DNA of 63,627 nt, the filler included, from Catajapyx aquilonaris (taxonomy: Eukaryota): the NCBI GenBank assembly GCA_000934665.2. It is 4 parts of 4 records of this genome, joined end to end, with 100 filler letters (N's around TTAATTAATTAA, not from the genome) between each part and the next. Parts side by side here need not be neighbours in the genome. Positions count along the whole stretch, not along the records: positions 14,935 to 33,649 come from JYFJ02007663.1; 3 more parts are not named here. One strand, 5' to 3'. Position numbers and translations under genes: made by a program. This document shows positions 14,935 through 25,981 of the stretch, piece by piece (position 1 is the first letter of the stretch; each line of letters begins with the position of its first letter). The notes below the pieces were generated by a model. That model searched no databases and was not told the DNA's origin. It was given only the letters and a program-made list of their open reading frames with translations.

Positions 14935-15465
14935 CTATGGCGAGGACATTGAATAATGTATGACGCTGGGATAATGTTACAGATAGAGTATACTGTTTCA
15001 CGTTGTTACAACCATCAGGTGTACGTGTACCCATGTAGTAAAGTGATGAACGATAATGGCTCTCTTCCTTTTTGCACAGTGCCAACCGTGCCGATGACAC
15101 TTGGGTGTCACATGTTGTGCTCGAGGATGTCCTAGATTATGGTGAAGGAGACACTGGGATTTCACCGATGTTACTGTTGTTCCATCCACTTCCTCCCCTC
15201 CCACTCCCGCGACATCGTCACACACCGATAACAACGACAGTAAATGAAGAATAGGGTGGCTTTCCAAAGGACATCGTCATCTGATACACACACATGCGAA
15301 GTAATGCCGAAGCATAAAACGACACGTGTTATGCCTGACACATGTTACTGTACTTACAGTTAGTGTACGAGTTTCGGCAAAAGTGTCAGAAACATTATTA
15401 TAAGCTTCGTCTGACAAATAATTGGTGTTTTAAGGCAATTGTCTTAGCGTGAAATGTGAACCGAG

Positions 15466-15777
15466 ATGAAGGACTATGATGGCAACAATGGTCTCCACGT
15501 GGCTGTCAGGGCCGGAAGTAACGGCGCAGTCCAATACCTCCTTGACATGGGATGGCCGGTAAATGAGGCAAACTTTCATGGCACCACTGCCCTGGACTTG
15601 GTGGCCAGAAACAGTGACCAATCTACATACAAGATGCTGATGGACAAAGGGGGGCAAAGGCGAAGGAGGATGACCAGGGGAAGAAGGGGCAGAAAAGGAA
15701 GCCTGCGCCCATTGCGACCGAGGGCCCCAGTTCGCCCAAGCGGCCCGTGCCTGCAAACGCGGATGCAGACACTCTGA
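15466..15777 (+). pseudogene. Ankyrin-repeat protein fragment (~2 repeats)
   Basis: DYDGNNGLHVAVRAGSNGAVQYLLDMGWPVNEANFHGTTALDLVA matches the ankyrin consensus GxTPLHxAxxxGxxxxVxxLLxxGAxVN; the ORF tail after ~15655 is low complexity. Confidence 0.8.
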
Positions 15778-17225
15778 AAAGAGCCATTGTGGAAGCAGTC
15801 CTGAAGAATAATTCTTCCTTGGAGGAAGGGGAATATGACATCTTGTCCAGGGTTTAAATGTAGTATAATTTGCCTATGGAATTATTTATTGCCTTTGCTC
15901 TAAAATATGACCAGAACAATGTGTGTAACAATCCATATGCAACATGACCAACCCTGAAAAATTAATGGTACATCTGCAAAACTAGGCATGCATGAACCAA
16001 ACTTCAAACTGAACATGTAAAACCTTGCGTGGGTCGCAATATTCTTGTCACCAAATTTGACTGCTGTTATGCAAATACCGGTACATCACTAATATTGTTG
16101 GGGTGAAAATTCCTCGACATGATTGTGGCTGAGCAAGTGGCCAATGAATTTCTTGAGGAAAACCAATATTATTTTCATAGGCACTTTCTCCTGGCGCTTA
16201 TCTTTCCTTTGATTCATGGGTCACTTTTTGATGACAGGCAGCTTGAGGGGGCACAATCAGTCATCAAAGGTGACCCAATAACCTTGAATGACCTGTATAC
16301 TTGTACATAGTGCATAGCCTAATAAGTTGATTGGGGTTTGTACGCTAAAAATTATCCTAAAATTTTAACTCTTTCCAAATACTCATATCCCCATGGTTTG
16401 ATCAATACATATGAAACATGACATGCAGCATTATGGCATAGTGGTTGTGCGACACACCTGTGATTTTTTTTTTCACCAAAAATCTGAGATTCGACTCCTA
16501 CATTTCGTTTTTGTCTGTCCGGAGGTTTCAGACAAAATGAGTGGTCGTTATGAGCTGCAAGTGACCCAAAGGAACATAATTATAGAAATAGCGATGATTT
16601 TCCATGGACAGAAAATAATTTGTTGCATAGTGTATGAGTGTAAAGACTGGCCCCGAGGTCTGCTGGCTTAATGTATGATGTAGAGTACTGCACCACCATA
16701 CCTTAAGTTGTTTTTTGGTGAAGCGTTGATCCCAGGAAACTGTTATCTGCTCTGTATATTTGGTGTAATAGCCTATATTTATTTTGAAGACCCAGCCCTG
16801 GATTACATGACCGTGTTGCAGTCTTACATGTACTTGTCTTGTTTCAGTACCTTATTATTCCGCCATGGAGATTCGAACCATACTTGTTGTGCTGGATATA
16901 TATATATCAGTCTGATAATTCGTTTTAAAGGGGTTTCTCAATAGACGATTGACTAATCCAAATACCTTCAGTTTGCATGGGACATTTTCTTTCCCTTTTT
17001 TTTTCTTAGCAACAATGCAATCAATGGTGCAACATAATATTATATCATCTTATTGTGGGAGTGTCTTTTCCAATAATACCCTATTCATACCGTCTTGTCC
17101 ATTTTCCCCTCCAAGAATATGATTGTGTGGAATACCTGGTCTTTAATATTCCTACTGAAATATACCGTATCCTGATATTTCAGAATCCTGCACCCCCAAA
17201 GAAGAAGAAGATGGGGGGGGGGATT

Positions 17226-17443
17226 TGTCGTCACCGTGGAAAAGGTTTTCTCTGCCGATCAATTTCCATCGACACGAGGGCCAGAACTTGCCAAGAAGTA
17301 TTCACGTGTGGGCAATGTGGCAAGATTTTAAATATCAACATGTCCGTCCATTCCACCAGAAGGCCCCACATGTGTCGGTCTTGTGACAGACAATACAATC
17401 GAAGTATGCCATGAACAATCATGTTCGGCTTCATAACCACTAG
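17226..17443 (+). pseudogene. Frameshifted C2H2 zinc-finger array (~3 fingers)
   Basis: CRHRGKGF.. / FTCGQCGK..MSVHSTRRPHMCRSCDRQYNR then, after a frameshift, KYAMNNHVRLH: C-x2-C...H-x3-H fingers with a TGEKP-like linker (STRRP). Confidence 0.75.
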
Positions 17444-18207
17444 AAAAAGGGAAAAAAACATACTTGACTGAACATTCTACGGCTCGGCTATGGTATATCA
17501 ATGACTCATTACTAACCTCGCGCAGTTGTAGTCCGGTCGTGTAAAGATCACACCTACGCATTTTGTGAATCAAATTGTGAAAGACTAATTCGCGACCCTC
17601 CTGAACAATCGAAATTCGGATGCGGACGGCCAAGCAGAAGGAGAGGCGGGAGAGAAAGGAGAGGAAAGAACAGGAGAAGAGGGACAAGGCGGCGGCCAAG
17701 GAGATGAAGGAGTGCACCATTGATATGGAAAGTTTTTTGCAGGTGGAATTTCGTGAAGGGGTGAGTGTTGTGGGGGATCTGGGAAACCCTATAATGATTA
17801 TACTCAACCCAGAAATGAAGATCATAATGTGAGCATGGGAATGATGTAGGGGAGAGTGGGGGGACAGTGAACACTCTATATTTCTTCATTTTCTATTTTA
17901 ATGAACATAAAAATGAATTCCACAAATAGTCTATAACCTTGCCTGACATGGGTCATAATTGTTTTTATTTATTTATTTAAATTACCCCGTGATCAGGCGA
18001 GAAGGGAATGGTTGCCCGTTCTATATTGTAACAATGTTACATTGAAATAAAATCATGATTTGGTATCAAGCTTCATTTTCTTAACAGTAACTGTTGCAAG
18101 TCCATTTATTACATAAAATTACTGTAATCATAGCATCCTACATTACTTCATGTAGGCCTCCTGTAGTGTTTAAATTCATCTTATGTGAATATATCTGGGT
18201 GTATGTC

Positions 18208-18385
18208 CATGTCAATGGTAAAATGAACAGCCATAACGTGCGCATCTGGGGCATCGAAAATCCCCACGCTACTCTCCAACATGTTCGCGATTCACCAAAA
18301 GTGAATGTCTCTTGTGCCTTTTCACACACACACACAAAAAATTGCGGTCCTTTTTTTCCATGGAACAGACTAACTGGGATGACCT
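18208..18385 (+). mobile_element. Tc1/mariner-superfamily (DUF4817-associated) transposase fragment
   Basis: HVNGKMNSHNVRIWGIENPHATLQHVRDSPKVNVSCAF..GPFF matches the FHLxGxVNxHNxRIWGxENPH..SPKVNVWCA..GPFFF motif. Confidence 0.85.
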
Positions 18386-18386
18386 G

Positions 18387-18575
18387 ATGATGTCTGAAGA
18401 AGAAAATGGATTGAATGCAAACAATCCTCTGTCCTGGCGCAAAGTTGAGGACATGGATTTGAATGTGTCAAGCTGCAGGCTCTTACCCTACGAGTCTGCC
18501 AGCACTCTTTTCAACTTCTTGGAGAAGAATGTCAAGTACCTTCCCCCGGAAGAGTGCGTGGTGCAGATTCGCGGT
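18387..18575 (+). pseudogene. N-terminal fragment of an AlkB-family ALKBH2-like dioxygenase
   Basis: LSWRKVEDMDLNVSSCRLLPYESASTLFNFLEKNVKYLPPEECVVQIRG aligns by eye with the ALKBH2 N-terminus (WRHIRAEGLDCSYTVLF..ADEIFQELEKEVEYF..ARVQVFG); the catalytic part is absent. Confidence 0.65.
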
Positions 18576-19568
18576 GGCCTCGATCTCGATAGTGGACGAG
18601 AATAATAATCCGGTAGACGACAATATGGTGGCGACGACAAGGGAAGGCGCCGATGATGATTGGGTGGACGCTTGTCTGACCGATTTGGTGGGGGAAGGGG
18701 GCCAGCTGAACGAGGTGGACATGCCGTTGATGGAGATGATAACAGACGATAGGGTGGGCGTGGCAGAGATGGAACGTGCGATGAGACTGGTGCAAGGTTC
18801 CTCGTCAAGTGACTGCATTTGGAAAATTCACCAATATCGCCATCGCCTTTCAACAGCCCGGAAGAAAAACGGGGTTGAAAAGGAAGAAGGACGAGGGAGT
18901 CGTGGCAGCCATTTTTCATGATGGCGACTACGTGTTATTTAAATGTCTTATGTTTTGTAGCCATTCATGTTCAATCATTTACTTGTGGCCATGCGATGAC
19001 TTTTATAAGTTAAGCGTATACTTTAGAAGTAAAAATAAATAATATTTGGTATATAATAATAATCATCATATTCATAATTTATAGCATACTAGGCCTGTAT
19101 AATTCTATTGTTGTAAAATTTTATGGTATCATTCGCTGCCTTTTCCCAATGGCCACTGTGCCATCGGTAATGGGAGAGATGAAGCCCACTCCTACACTAC
19201 AGTACATGAGGATACACTAACGGTCTACTAATTTCAACAGCGGTAAAAAGCCAGATAAGATAATTTTGACATATTGTGTTGTGAATTGCATACATGTAAA
19301 CAGAAGTATGTAGAGGAGCTGCAGTGACCCAATCATATTCGTTCGGTCTGTAACACCAAAATTAATCCCGAGTAATGAGTTACACCCAGCCATTGAGACT
19401 TTCGCAATGTACAATTGGAGCAACTTTTGTCATATTTGCATTATTCATAAAGTTGATATTCCTCTCATTCCTCCACGTTCGCCATGTACATAAGAGCAGT
19501 AGCGATTAGTGTCATAATGTTGACATATTGTGTTGTGAATTGTAAACATGTAAACACGAGTATGTTAC

Positions 19569-19860
19569 AAAGAACTTGGCAATTTCACCCTGATTTCACC
19601 GTCAACACTGGGCCAAAATGTGGGAACTGAATTCGATAAGCTGAGGGATAACATTATGTTCGTAGCAAGGATCGACACTTACTTAAGGGAAATACAATCA
19701 GTTCTGGTCCAGTGTCACACAGACATGACGCAACAAATACATGCCCTTGATGTAATTGACATTGGTAAATTAAGGCTGCATTTAATCAGCCCACCATAAT
19801 TGTTCAGTACACTTGAAAGATATAAAAGAAAGGTTGCCCCGCCAGCTAAGTTTCGTCATT
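19569..19860 (+). pseudogene. Viral envelope/fusion (baculovirus F / errantivirus Env-like) fragment
   Basis: Manual translation, not in the ORF track: ..FDKLRDNIMFVARIDTYLREIQSVLVQCHTDMTQQIHALDVIDIGKLRLHLISPP*LFSTL/KDIKERLPRQLSF. Heptad helix followed by the AL..GKL..LISP..L..L..I..LP pattern; one stop and one frameshift. Confidence 0.55.
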
Positions 19861-20384
19861 CCAACCACAAAAGATTTTCTATACCAATACTACCAATGGG
19901 AGAGTGTGGACACAAAAAAAACCATCTGAAGGGTCGTGCCATGCATGGCCTGGGTGAATGAACCGACGTGGAATGGGGCATGGAATGGCCCCCACATAGC
20001 AACCCCTGCTGGAAGAAAATCAAGAGTCCGATAATGTCAATAAATCCCAGGAGCCTGCACCAGGGCAACTTTCAGCAATCATTCTTTGAACAATNTGCCA
20101 CGGTTCCAGGGTTTTTGCCCAAGAGGGGTTGGGGCCACCTCCTATGTTAACATGGCGAGTGTGCCGATAGACGGAATTCATTGAGGTTTTGTTGTGCAGG
20201 TGTGCCCAAGGTGCTGGTGGGGGCCCACCCTCTACCTGCCTGCGCCATAAGTCGGAAGCCGGGTCCTCTCAGCAGGACCATGTTCCGGGGGGAGGGCGAA
20301 GGACTGATGGCCTTTGAGCGGCGACGAAGGGCGGTCAGTGGGCACGTGGTGAGGATCCAGGCCATTGGAGGATCGCACAAATCG

Positions 20385-20504
20385 ATGTGCCTCGGGAGCA
20401 GAGGGGCGTGCCCCGAGTGCACCATCCAGCTGCCCATGTCGCGGATGGCGGCGGAGGCAGCTGGGTGGTGCCCCTGTTGCAGGGCCCAGATTGTTACACT
20501 GTAA
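20385..20504 (+). pseudogene. C-terminal half of a RING-HC-like finger
   Basis: ACPECTIQL..WCPCCRAQIVTL* resembles the terminal CxxC..CPxCRxxI of IAP/MDM2-type RING domains. Confidence 0.45.
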
Positions 20505-21500
20505 ATGTTTTGGGGTGAAGCCTAGTAATGGAGGAGAGGGGTGGCCCGGCATACAGGCTTGAAGGATTGAAAAATCCCATGTCCCTGCATGATTTATAGT
20601 AGGCAGGGCAAAGTCCGGCGTTCTCTAATTCTGAGGCACTGGCCAGGAGGAAGTCGAGGAGGAGGAACTCCCTCAGATTACTCAAGACGACATAAATATC
20701 TATTTGGGACAAGACATTTAGACGCAGCCGTAGATCTCCAGGGCAAGGAATCCGGCCCTTCAAAACATCGGCGGGGCGTGGGGGTGAAAGGCCCTTTACG
20801 CACCTGGGCGTGCTTGCGTGGTTTCCCGGTCTACTCCATGATAATTATGACAATGTTCTGACACCTCAAGTACCCACAGGTACTCCAGGGACATAGGCCT
20901 GACCACAAAGGAGAAAAAATATGAAAAATTCGCAAGATGTCACGATCACAATTATGCTTTCCGTTATTGGAATGGTTATCAGCACGGCCCACAATCCAAA
21001 GACGAACATAGCAGACTGTTGGAAAAAGGACCATGCGCAATTCCTGAAAGACATGAGCAGTATTTTGTAAGGACCAAGTGACTGGGAGGGTGGACGACGT
21101 TCCAGATATGTCAGCACAAGGCGACCTCCCAAAGAACGTAAGTCAACACAACAGCGCGATATCCATCCCTTCATCATTCGATCGGACCTGTACAGACAAC
21201 GAATACTCACTCAATGATTGACCTTCTGTGTACAGGGCGAGGTGCCCCGCTATCACCATTCTGCCAATGCTGGAGGTGCTACAGGCCAAACCGAGACCCA
21301 TTTGGTGAGTACAATTATCTATGAGTGTGTATTACATGCTACACACAGATGTACACCAGTGTAATGATGTTATGCATTGCAGGTCTGGATGACCCCAAGT
21401 GGATGGACGACAACAGCCCTGGTGTGCTGAAAGAGGCCGACAAGTGGCGTGTTCTTGGGTGAGGCGGTCAGAGAAGCGCTCATCTTTTGACTCCCACCAA

Positions 21501-21782
21501 ATGAATGTCGATTTGTACTTCTGGATACGGGAGACCATGAGTTGTGCTGCGTTGCATGATTTTGACTACATTGGAGGACCCGTTAGCGTACTAGACAGAC
21601 ACGGCTGCGTGCAAAGGGTTGTTTTTAAAAAGTGTTTCTTTTATTTCCTTCCAAGGGACATCGTGGAGGTCGACGAGTCGCTTTTCTTCAAGAGGAAACA
21701 TAACGTGGGAACAGCAGGGAAGATGTGCATAGTGGAAGGCATTAGCCGCACTACCAGAAAGAGGTATATATTTTCCTCATAA
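21501..21782 (+). mobile_element. Merlin (IS1595/ISXO2-like) transposase fragment
   Basis: VDLYFWIRE..IGGP..IVEVDESLFFKRKHNVG..VEGISRTTRK matches the Merlin IGG..VEIDESxFxKRKYNxG..VxGxxR motif. Confidence 0.85.
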
Positions 21783-21968
21783 TTGTGAGAGTATTATCAG
21801 AGAGAAATACAAGGTATTCACATAATTGGCTATTAATGTAACCTCCACGTACAATGGTCTTATGGGCGGGCATGCGTGCTTATGTGCTGCCTAACGCATC
21901 ATGAAGACCGCGTATAACAACGCCAACAGCAATGTAATTCTATCTCCTTTTAACAGAAGTTTTGGAAT

Positions 21969-23240
21969 GAAATGTGTGCCTTGTTCCGCCTCTTTGGCGT
22001 GGACGTATTTGCTGTGCATGCCAGGACTGGAGATATTGAACCTGCATGTGTTATGTCTGATGGTGCTGATCAGTATTACAAGACTCCACACCACCCAACA
22101 GCATCCTGAATAAGTGGAATCCTGCGTAATCCACATGAGCTTCTGTGTGCATGGCATGTGGATAGAGCTTGGCAAGGTAAACTGCACATGATGAGATAAG
22201 GAGATTCGGCAAAAAAGCTTACACATTTTTGCGTGCAGTTTTGGAAGCGAGTGATGCAGGTTTTCATAAGCAGCAGCTAAAACTATTCAGAAAATGGCTC
22301 TCAAGTCAGGATGACAACACAAGGAAGTTTAGCGCGTACTTCCAAAGTGAGTATTCACGCAAGAGTGACGAATGGGCTCATCGATATAGACTTGGAGCAG
22401 GCGCTAACACTAACATGAAGATAGAGGCATTCCATAAGATCCTCAAACACTGCTATTTGCACGGGATTCACAACCGCCGAATCAACAAGCTCATTGACAG
22501 GCTTATGGACAAGGGGGATGCATGCGGAATGGAATGGCTGGTCAAGCTCACCAAAGGCAAGGTTCGACTGATAAGGTCGCGCCATAAGAACAGCAACGGG
22601 ATGGACATGAGCACAATTCGTACTGAAGGAGATAGATACACTGTACCTTCGCAGTCAGGGTCAGGCATAAAGTATTCGGTAGAGCGAACAGGGGTGACTT
22701 GTGCATGATGCCAAGAAAGGTGTTCAGCATGTTCTATCTGTATCCATGAGTTCACTTCCACCTGCGAAGATCGACCCATTCTTGGTCTCATCTGCTATCA
22801 TGTGCACCTGGTTTGCAGATTCATGAAGGGCAGTGCAGAGCCAACAACGACTGTTCCCTCTGTTGCTGCAGACAGTCCACAAATACTGGAGATATAGCAG
22901 AAATCGTTCAGATGATTTCAAAAGCGGCTACTAGTTTGCAAAAACCAAAGGAGCAGTTTGAAGCTGTTTGCTTGGGTCTCATTCAGCAGGTTATGCAAAT
23001 GGATTCAGAGAAAGATGTGGCTCACTGCATTGAGGGTGTAACCCGCTTGTCCAAGTTTGCGCAGCTGGGATCCAGGGCAGTAGTTGGTTTTCTCCCACAT
23101 GCAGCAGAGCATGCTCCTGCACCAAACAAAAAGATTGACAGGCAAGTGCGTGCTTTTACCAGCACGAAGAAACCTAGGTCACAAATTCGCATTGCTCGTT
23201 TAAATAAGCCAACCTCCAAAGAAACGCAAAACCTCTTGGT
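21969..23240 (+). mobile_element. Decayed Mutator/MULE transposase with SWIM zinc finger
   Basis: VMSDGADQYY; LLCAWHVDRAW; YFQSEY..WAHRYR..NTNMKIEAFHKILKHCYL..NRR; SWIM-like CSACSICIHEFTSTCED..ICYHVHLV; C-terminal NKKIDRQ..FTSTKK. Several stops and frameshifts. Confidence 0.9.
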
Positions 23241-23629
23241 GGAGATGAGAATAGTCCTGCCCACTCTGAATGACTCCACCCCTACCGTCTGCATCACATT
23301 GGCAGAATAGGTGCGAAGTGGACGTGAAACACCTGTCATTGTGATTGTGAACCTCAAAAGGGGCCGAAAGGAGAGAGCGCAGAGGGAACCTTTTCTTGGT
23401 GGGGGGTAGAGTGGATGGCTTGGGTTGCTGATAAAGGGGTCAAAGACATTGACAGGCAGGACAGGCAGTCCTCGGTTGTCCTTGTTTTCCCGTCCTCTTC
23501 GGATCAGGGCTGCGGAACGTGCTGCGAGTATGACTGACCCACGCAATGTTCGGGTGGGGAATGTGTCTGTAGGCCACCAAGAGGCCATGGTTGAATTCAT
23601 AGAGGCCCGTAGCTGTTCTGAGGAACCAA

Positions 23630-23930
23630 ATGCAGTTGACCATTGGTCAGAGGCAACTGTTGGCAGTACAAAAACAAATCCAAGACACAGTGGACTGTAT
23701 TCTGGAGAATATGCTGTCCAAACAACAAGAATGCGGATTACATAATGATGGAAGCAGTGGCCATGAAGACAGAAGTATTCTACAAAACCTTCCTCTTTCA
23801 AGTGAAGAGGCACTCCGGGAATTGGAAGAAAAGCTACTGGACGACAACACCAGAACCCGTTTCCTGACATTACTACGAAGACTGGCAGGATCCAGTGTCA
23901 AGGAGGTGGTGAAGGCCCTCATGAAATTAA
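23630..23930 (+). mobile_element. DUF4806-like transposon accessory protein fragment
   Basis: NLPLSSEEALRELEEKLLDDNTRTRFLTLLRRLAGSSVKEVVKALMK fits the LPxxxxEELxxLExxL..LxxIGGxxxKxxxxxxM pattern. Confidence 0.65.
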
Positions 23931-24593
23931 TGCATGCTGTATTTATATATACATGCTGTGCTTTAAAATGTTCTCCCTTTTAGATGGAAATCTTGATGTT
24001 CAACCGTTTTAATTGCTTCTCATTGGTAAGATAATTCAGTAGTGTGCAGTGCGACTGGGAACAGCACGTGCGTGACCACTCTCGAGGAGAGTGGTGGTGG
24101 GTGGAGGGTTTTTGTGCTTTTGTAGAAGTGTGTGTTGGGTGGAACTGCCCAGGTTACCAATATACACAGACTATATTCGTTGGGCCTAACCACCGGTAAT
24201 GAAAAAAAGTGTCATTGCAGAGGTTACATAGCCAGAAAATGCTTTACAAAGTAGCAAAATAATACCTTTAAACAATACTGAATGAGACCAACAGACCATT
24301 AGAGAGCCAGGGAAATACCTTCCTCTGTGAGCCTTGACACTTTTACTATTCATTAAGACGATGGTGTCTTGCAGTTTGTATACGCAACAGACTTTGAACC
24401 TACTCACAATCAACTCAGTAGGTAACAAGTCTATCCATAGCAAAATAGGTTAATGCGGAGGACTCCAAAGCCCTATGACCATCTTTTGTCACTTGTGCCA
24501 GACCCTCTAGTTGGTTGTAGAGTTATGTTATTCATACTACGGAACTGATCTTGCAGAGTGTAGAGTATGATCTTATCGTCTGTCTCTTCTCAG

Positions 24594-24696
24594 GCCATAC
24601 ATCACCCAACAAGACACGAATTACAGAAGTGCCATCCCAGCTTCAGACCGACTGAGTATGACGATTTTCTTCCTGGTCCACGGCACTGATCATGAG
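24594..24696 (+). mobile_element. PIF/Harbinger transposase exon fragment
   Basis: tctcttctcag|..PYITQQDTNYRSAIPASDRLSMTIFFLVHG..|gt; matches the HARBI1-like PxIxKxDTxxRxAIPxxxRLxxTLRFLATG motif. Not in the ORF track. Confidence 0.85.
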
Positions 24697-25268
24697 GTAT
24701 TTTGGTTTCCTCGGTAGTAAGACAAGCATTTCACATACATATAATCTGCAGAGAAATCAGGCGTTAATATTACCTGTAGCCTCATCACAGTACAGGTATA
24801 GTGCGACATGGCCCTGATGGAGGTGGATGGACAGACATCCAGAGCAACGTCAAACAACAATCAAACAGTAAGGGATGCTCCAACAATGGCTACTTGTCCA
24901 ACTTTGCATGTGTTGCACTTAATGCAGTTATTAGTATTGCAACTGTAAAATAGGTGGCCTGGCTATTGCCTATTTGTACAAAAAAGGACCCAAGATACTG
25001 AAACGACCTAGAACCTTCCAGCGGCGGACAGGAATTGACACATGAATTACTGCATTAATACAGCTCAATTGGAGTCACTTTCCAGTGAAAGGACAGTACA
25101 CTGTCACATGTACTCCATAGAATGGCAGAAGAGTTAACTTTCTCAGGGCAATATCTTCCTAATGGCTGAGAGAGTAACACGCGTATCAGAAGGGAAACAT
25201 GGAGATTGCTCTTAGTTCACTGACCATACACAGAAATTGGTTCCATCCTTGCCTCTCCCACTGCTGTG

Positions 25269-25361
25269 TCTGGTACAGATATACCTGCTGGGTACTGACA
25301 TAACTCGTAGTGCAAGATCGACACAGGTGGAGGGAGATGGACAGTTATCCAGAGAAGAGAA
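25269..25361 (+). pseudogene. Fibrinogen-related domain (FReD) fragment
   Basis: 25311-25361 translates to CKIDTGGGRWTVIQRRE, matching the FReD hallmark CDMxTDGGGWTVIQRR. Confidence 0.65.
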
Positions 25362-25846
25362 CAAATTTCCTGCCCCTGTCAAGGGCTAAAAATTTCTTGA
25401 AGAACATCAGGCTGTCTCAAAGGATGGCTGCAAGCAAGTGGAACCAGTGAAATTTCTATGAAGAAGTGTACCCCCAAATATGGACCACACAAAATGGTTC
25501 AGAGATCTTCATCCCCCAACAGGACAGTGGGATTATCTGGGACAAAATAAAACACCCAATTGTGTTAATATGAGCTGCCCAGCAGGTTCCATGGGTCTGT
25601 CATGAAGACGCTGCGCTGGTTGGACATGCCAAATTGACCTGGTCACACTTTTGATCGTGGGGCTCGGTGGGGGAACGCAGAGAGGCCCCAGCCCTTGGCT
25701 ACGTCCAGCTCACTGGGAGAAGCCTCTGCGATTGGTCGAGACCTTTCGCGCCACGATTCCCATCCCTCCCTACGACCCCACCTCACCCTGACTGTTCCAC
25801 TTCCTGCTGGTTCTTTTTTTTCTTTCTTTCTTTTTTAAAAAAAAAG

Positions 25847-25981
25847 ATGGCTGCAACAGCATCATACAAGGTGTTTGTCACATACACTGAGAAACCCATT
25901 ATTTGGGACGTGCAGACTCGGCAGTACCGGAACACGGATTCCAAGGAGAGAGCATGGGAAGAGGTCGCCCAGAATAGCACG
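25847..25981 (+). mobile_element. MADF/Myb-SANT DNA-binding fragment (Harbinger ORF2-like)
   Basis: YTEKPIIWDVQTRQYRNTDSKERAWEEVA matches the MADF YxxxPxLWDxxxxxYxNxxxKxxAWxxIA consensus. Confidence 0.8.

Noticed and set aside
20560..21080. Polinton integrase N-terminus or PLA2-like (CHDHNY) hints
   Set aside because: Matches are too short and degenerate to support.
23022..23870. 282-aa minus-strand ORF
   Set aside because: Antisense shadow of the MULE C-terminus and DUF4806 fragments; no recognisable motif.
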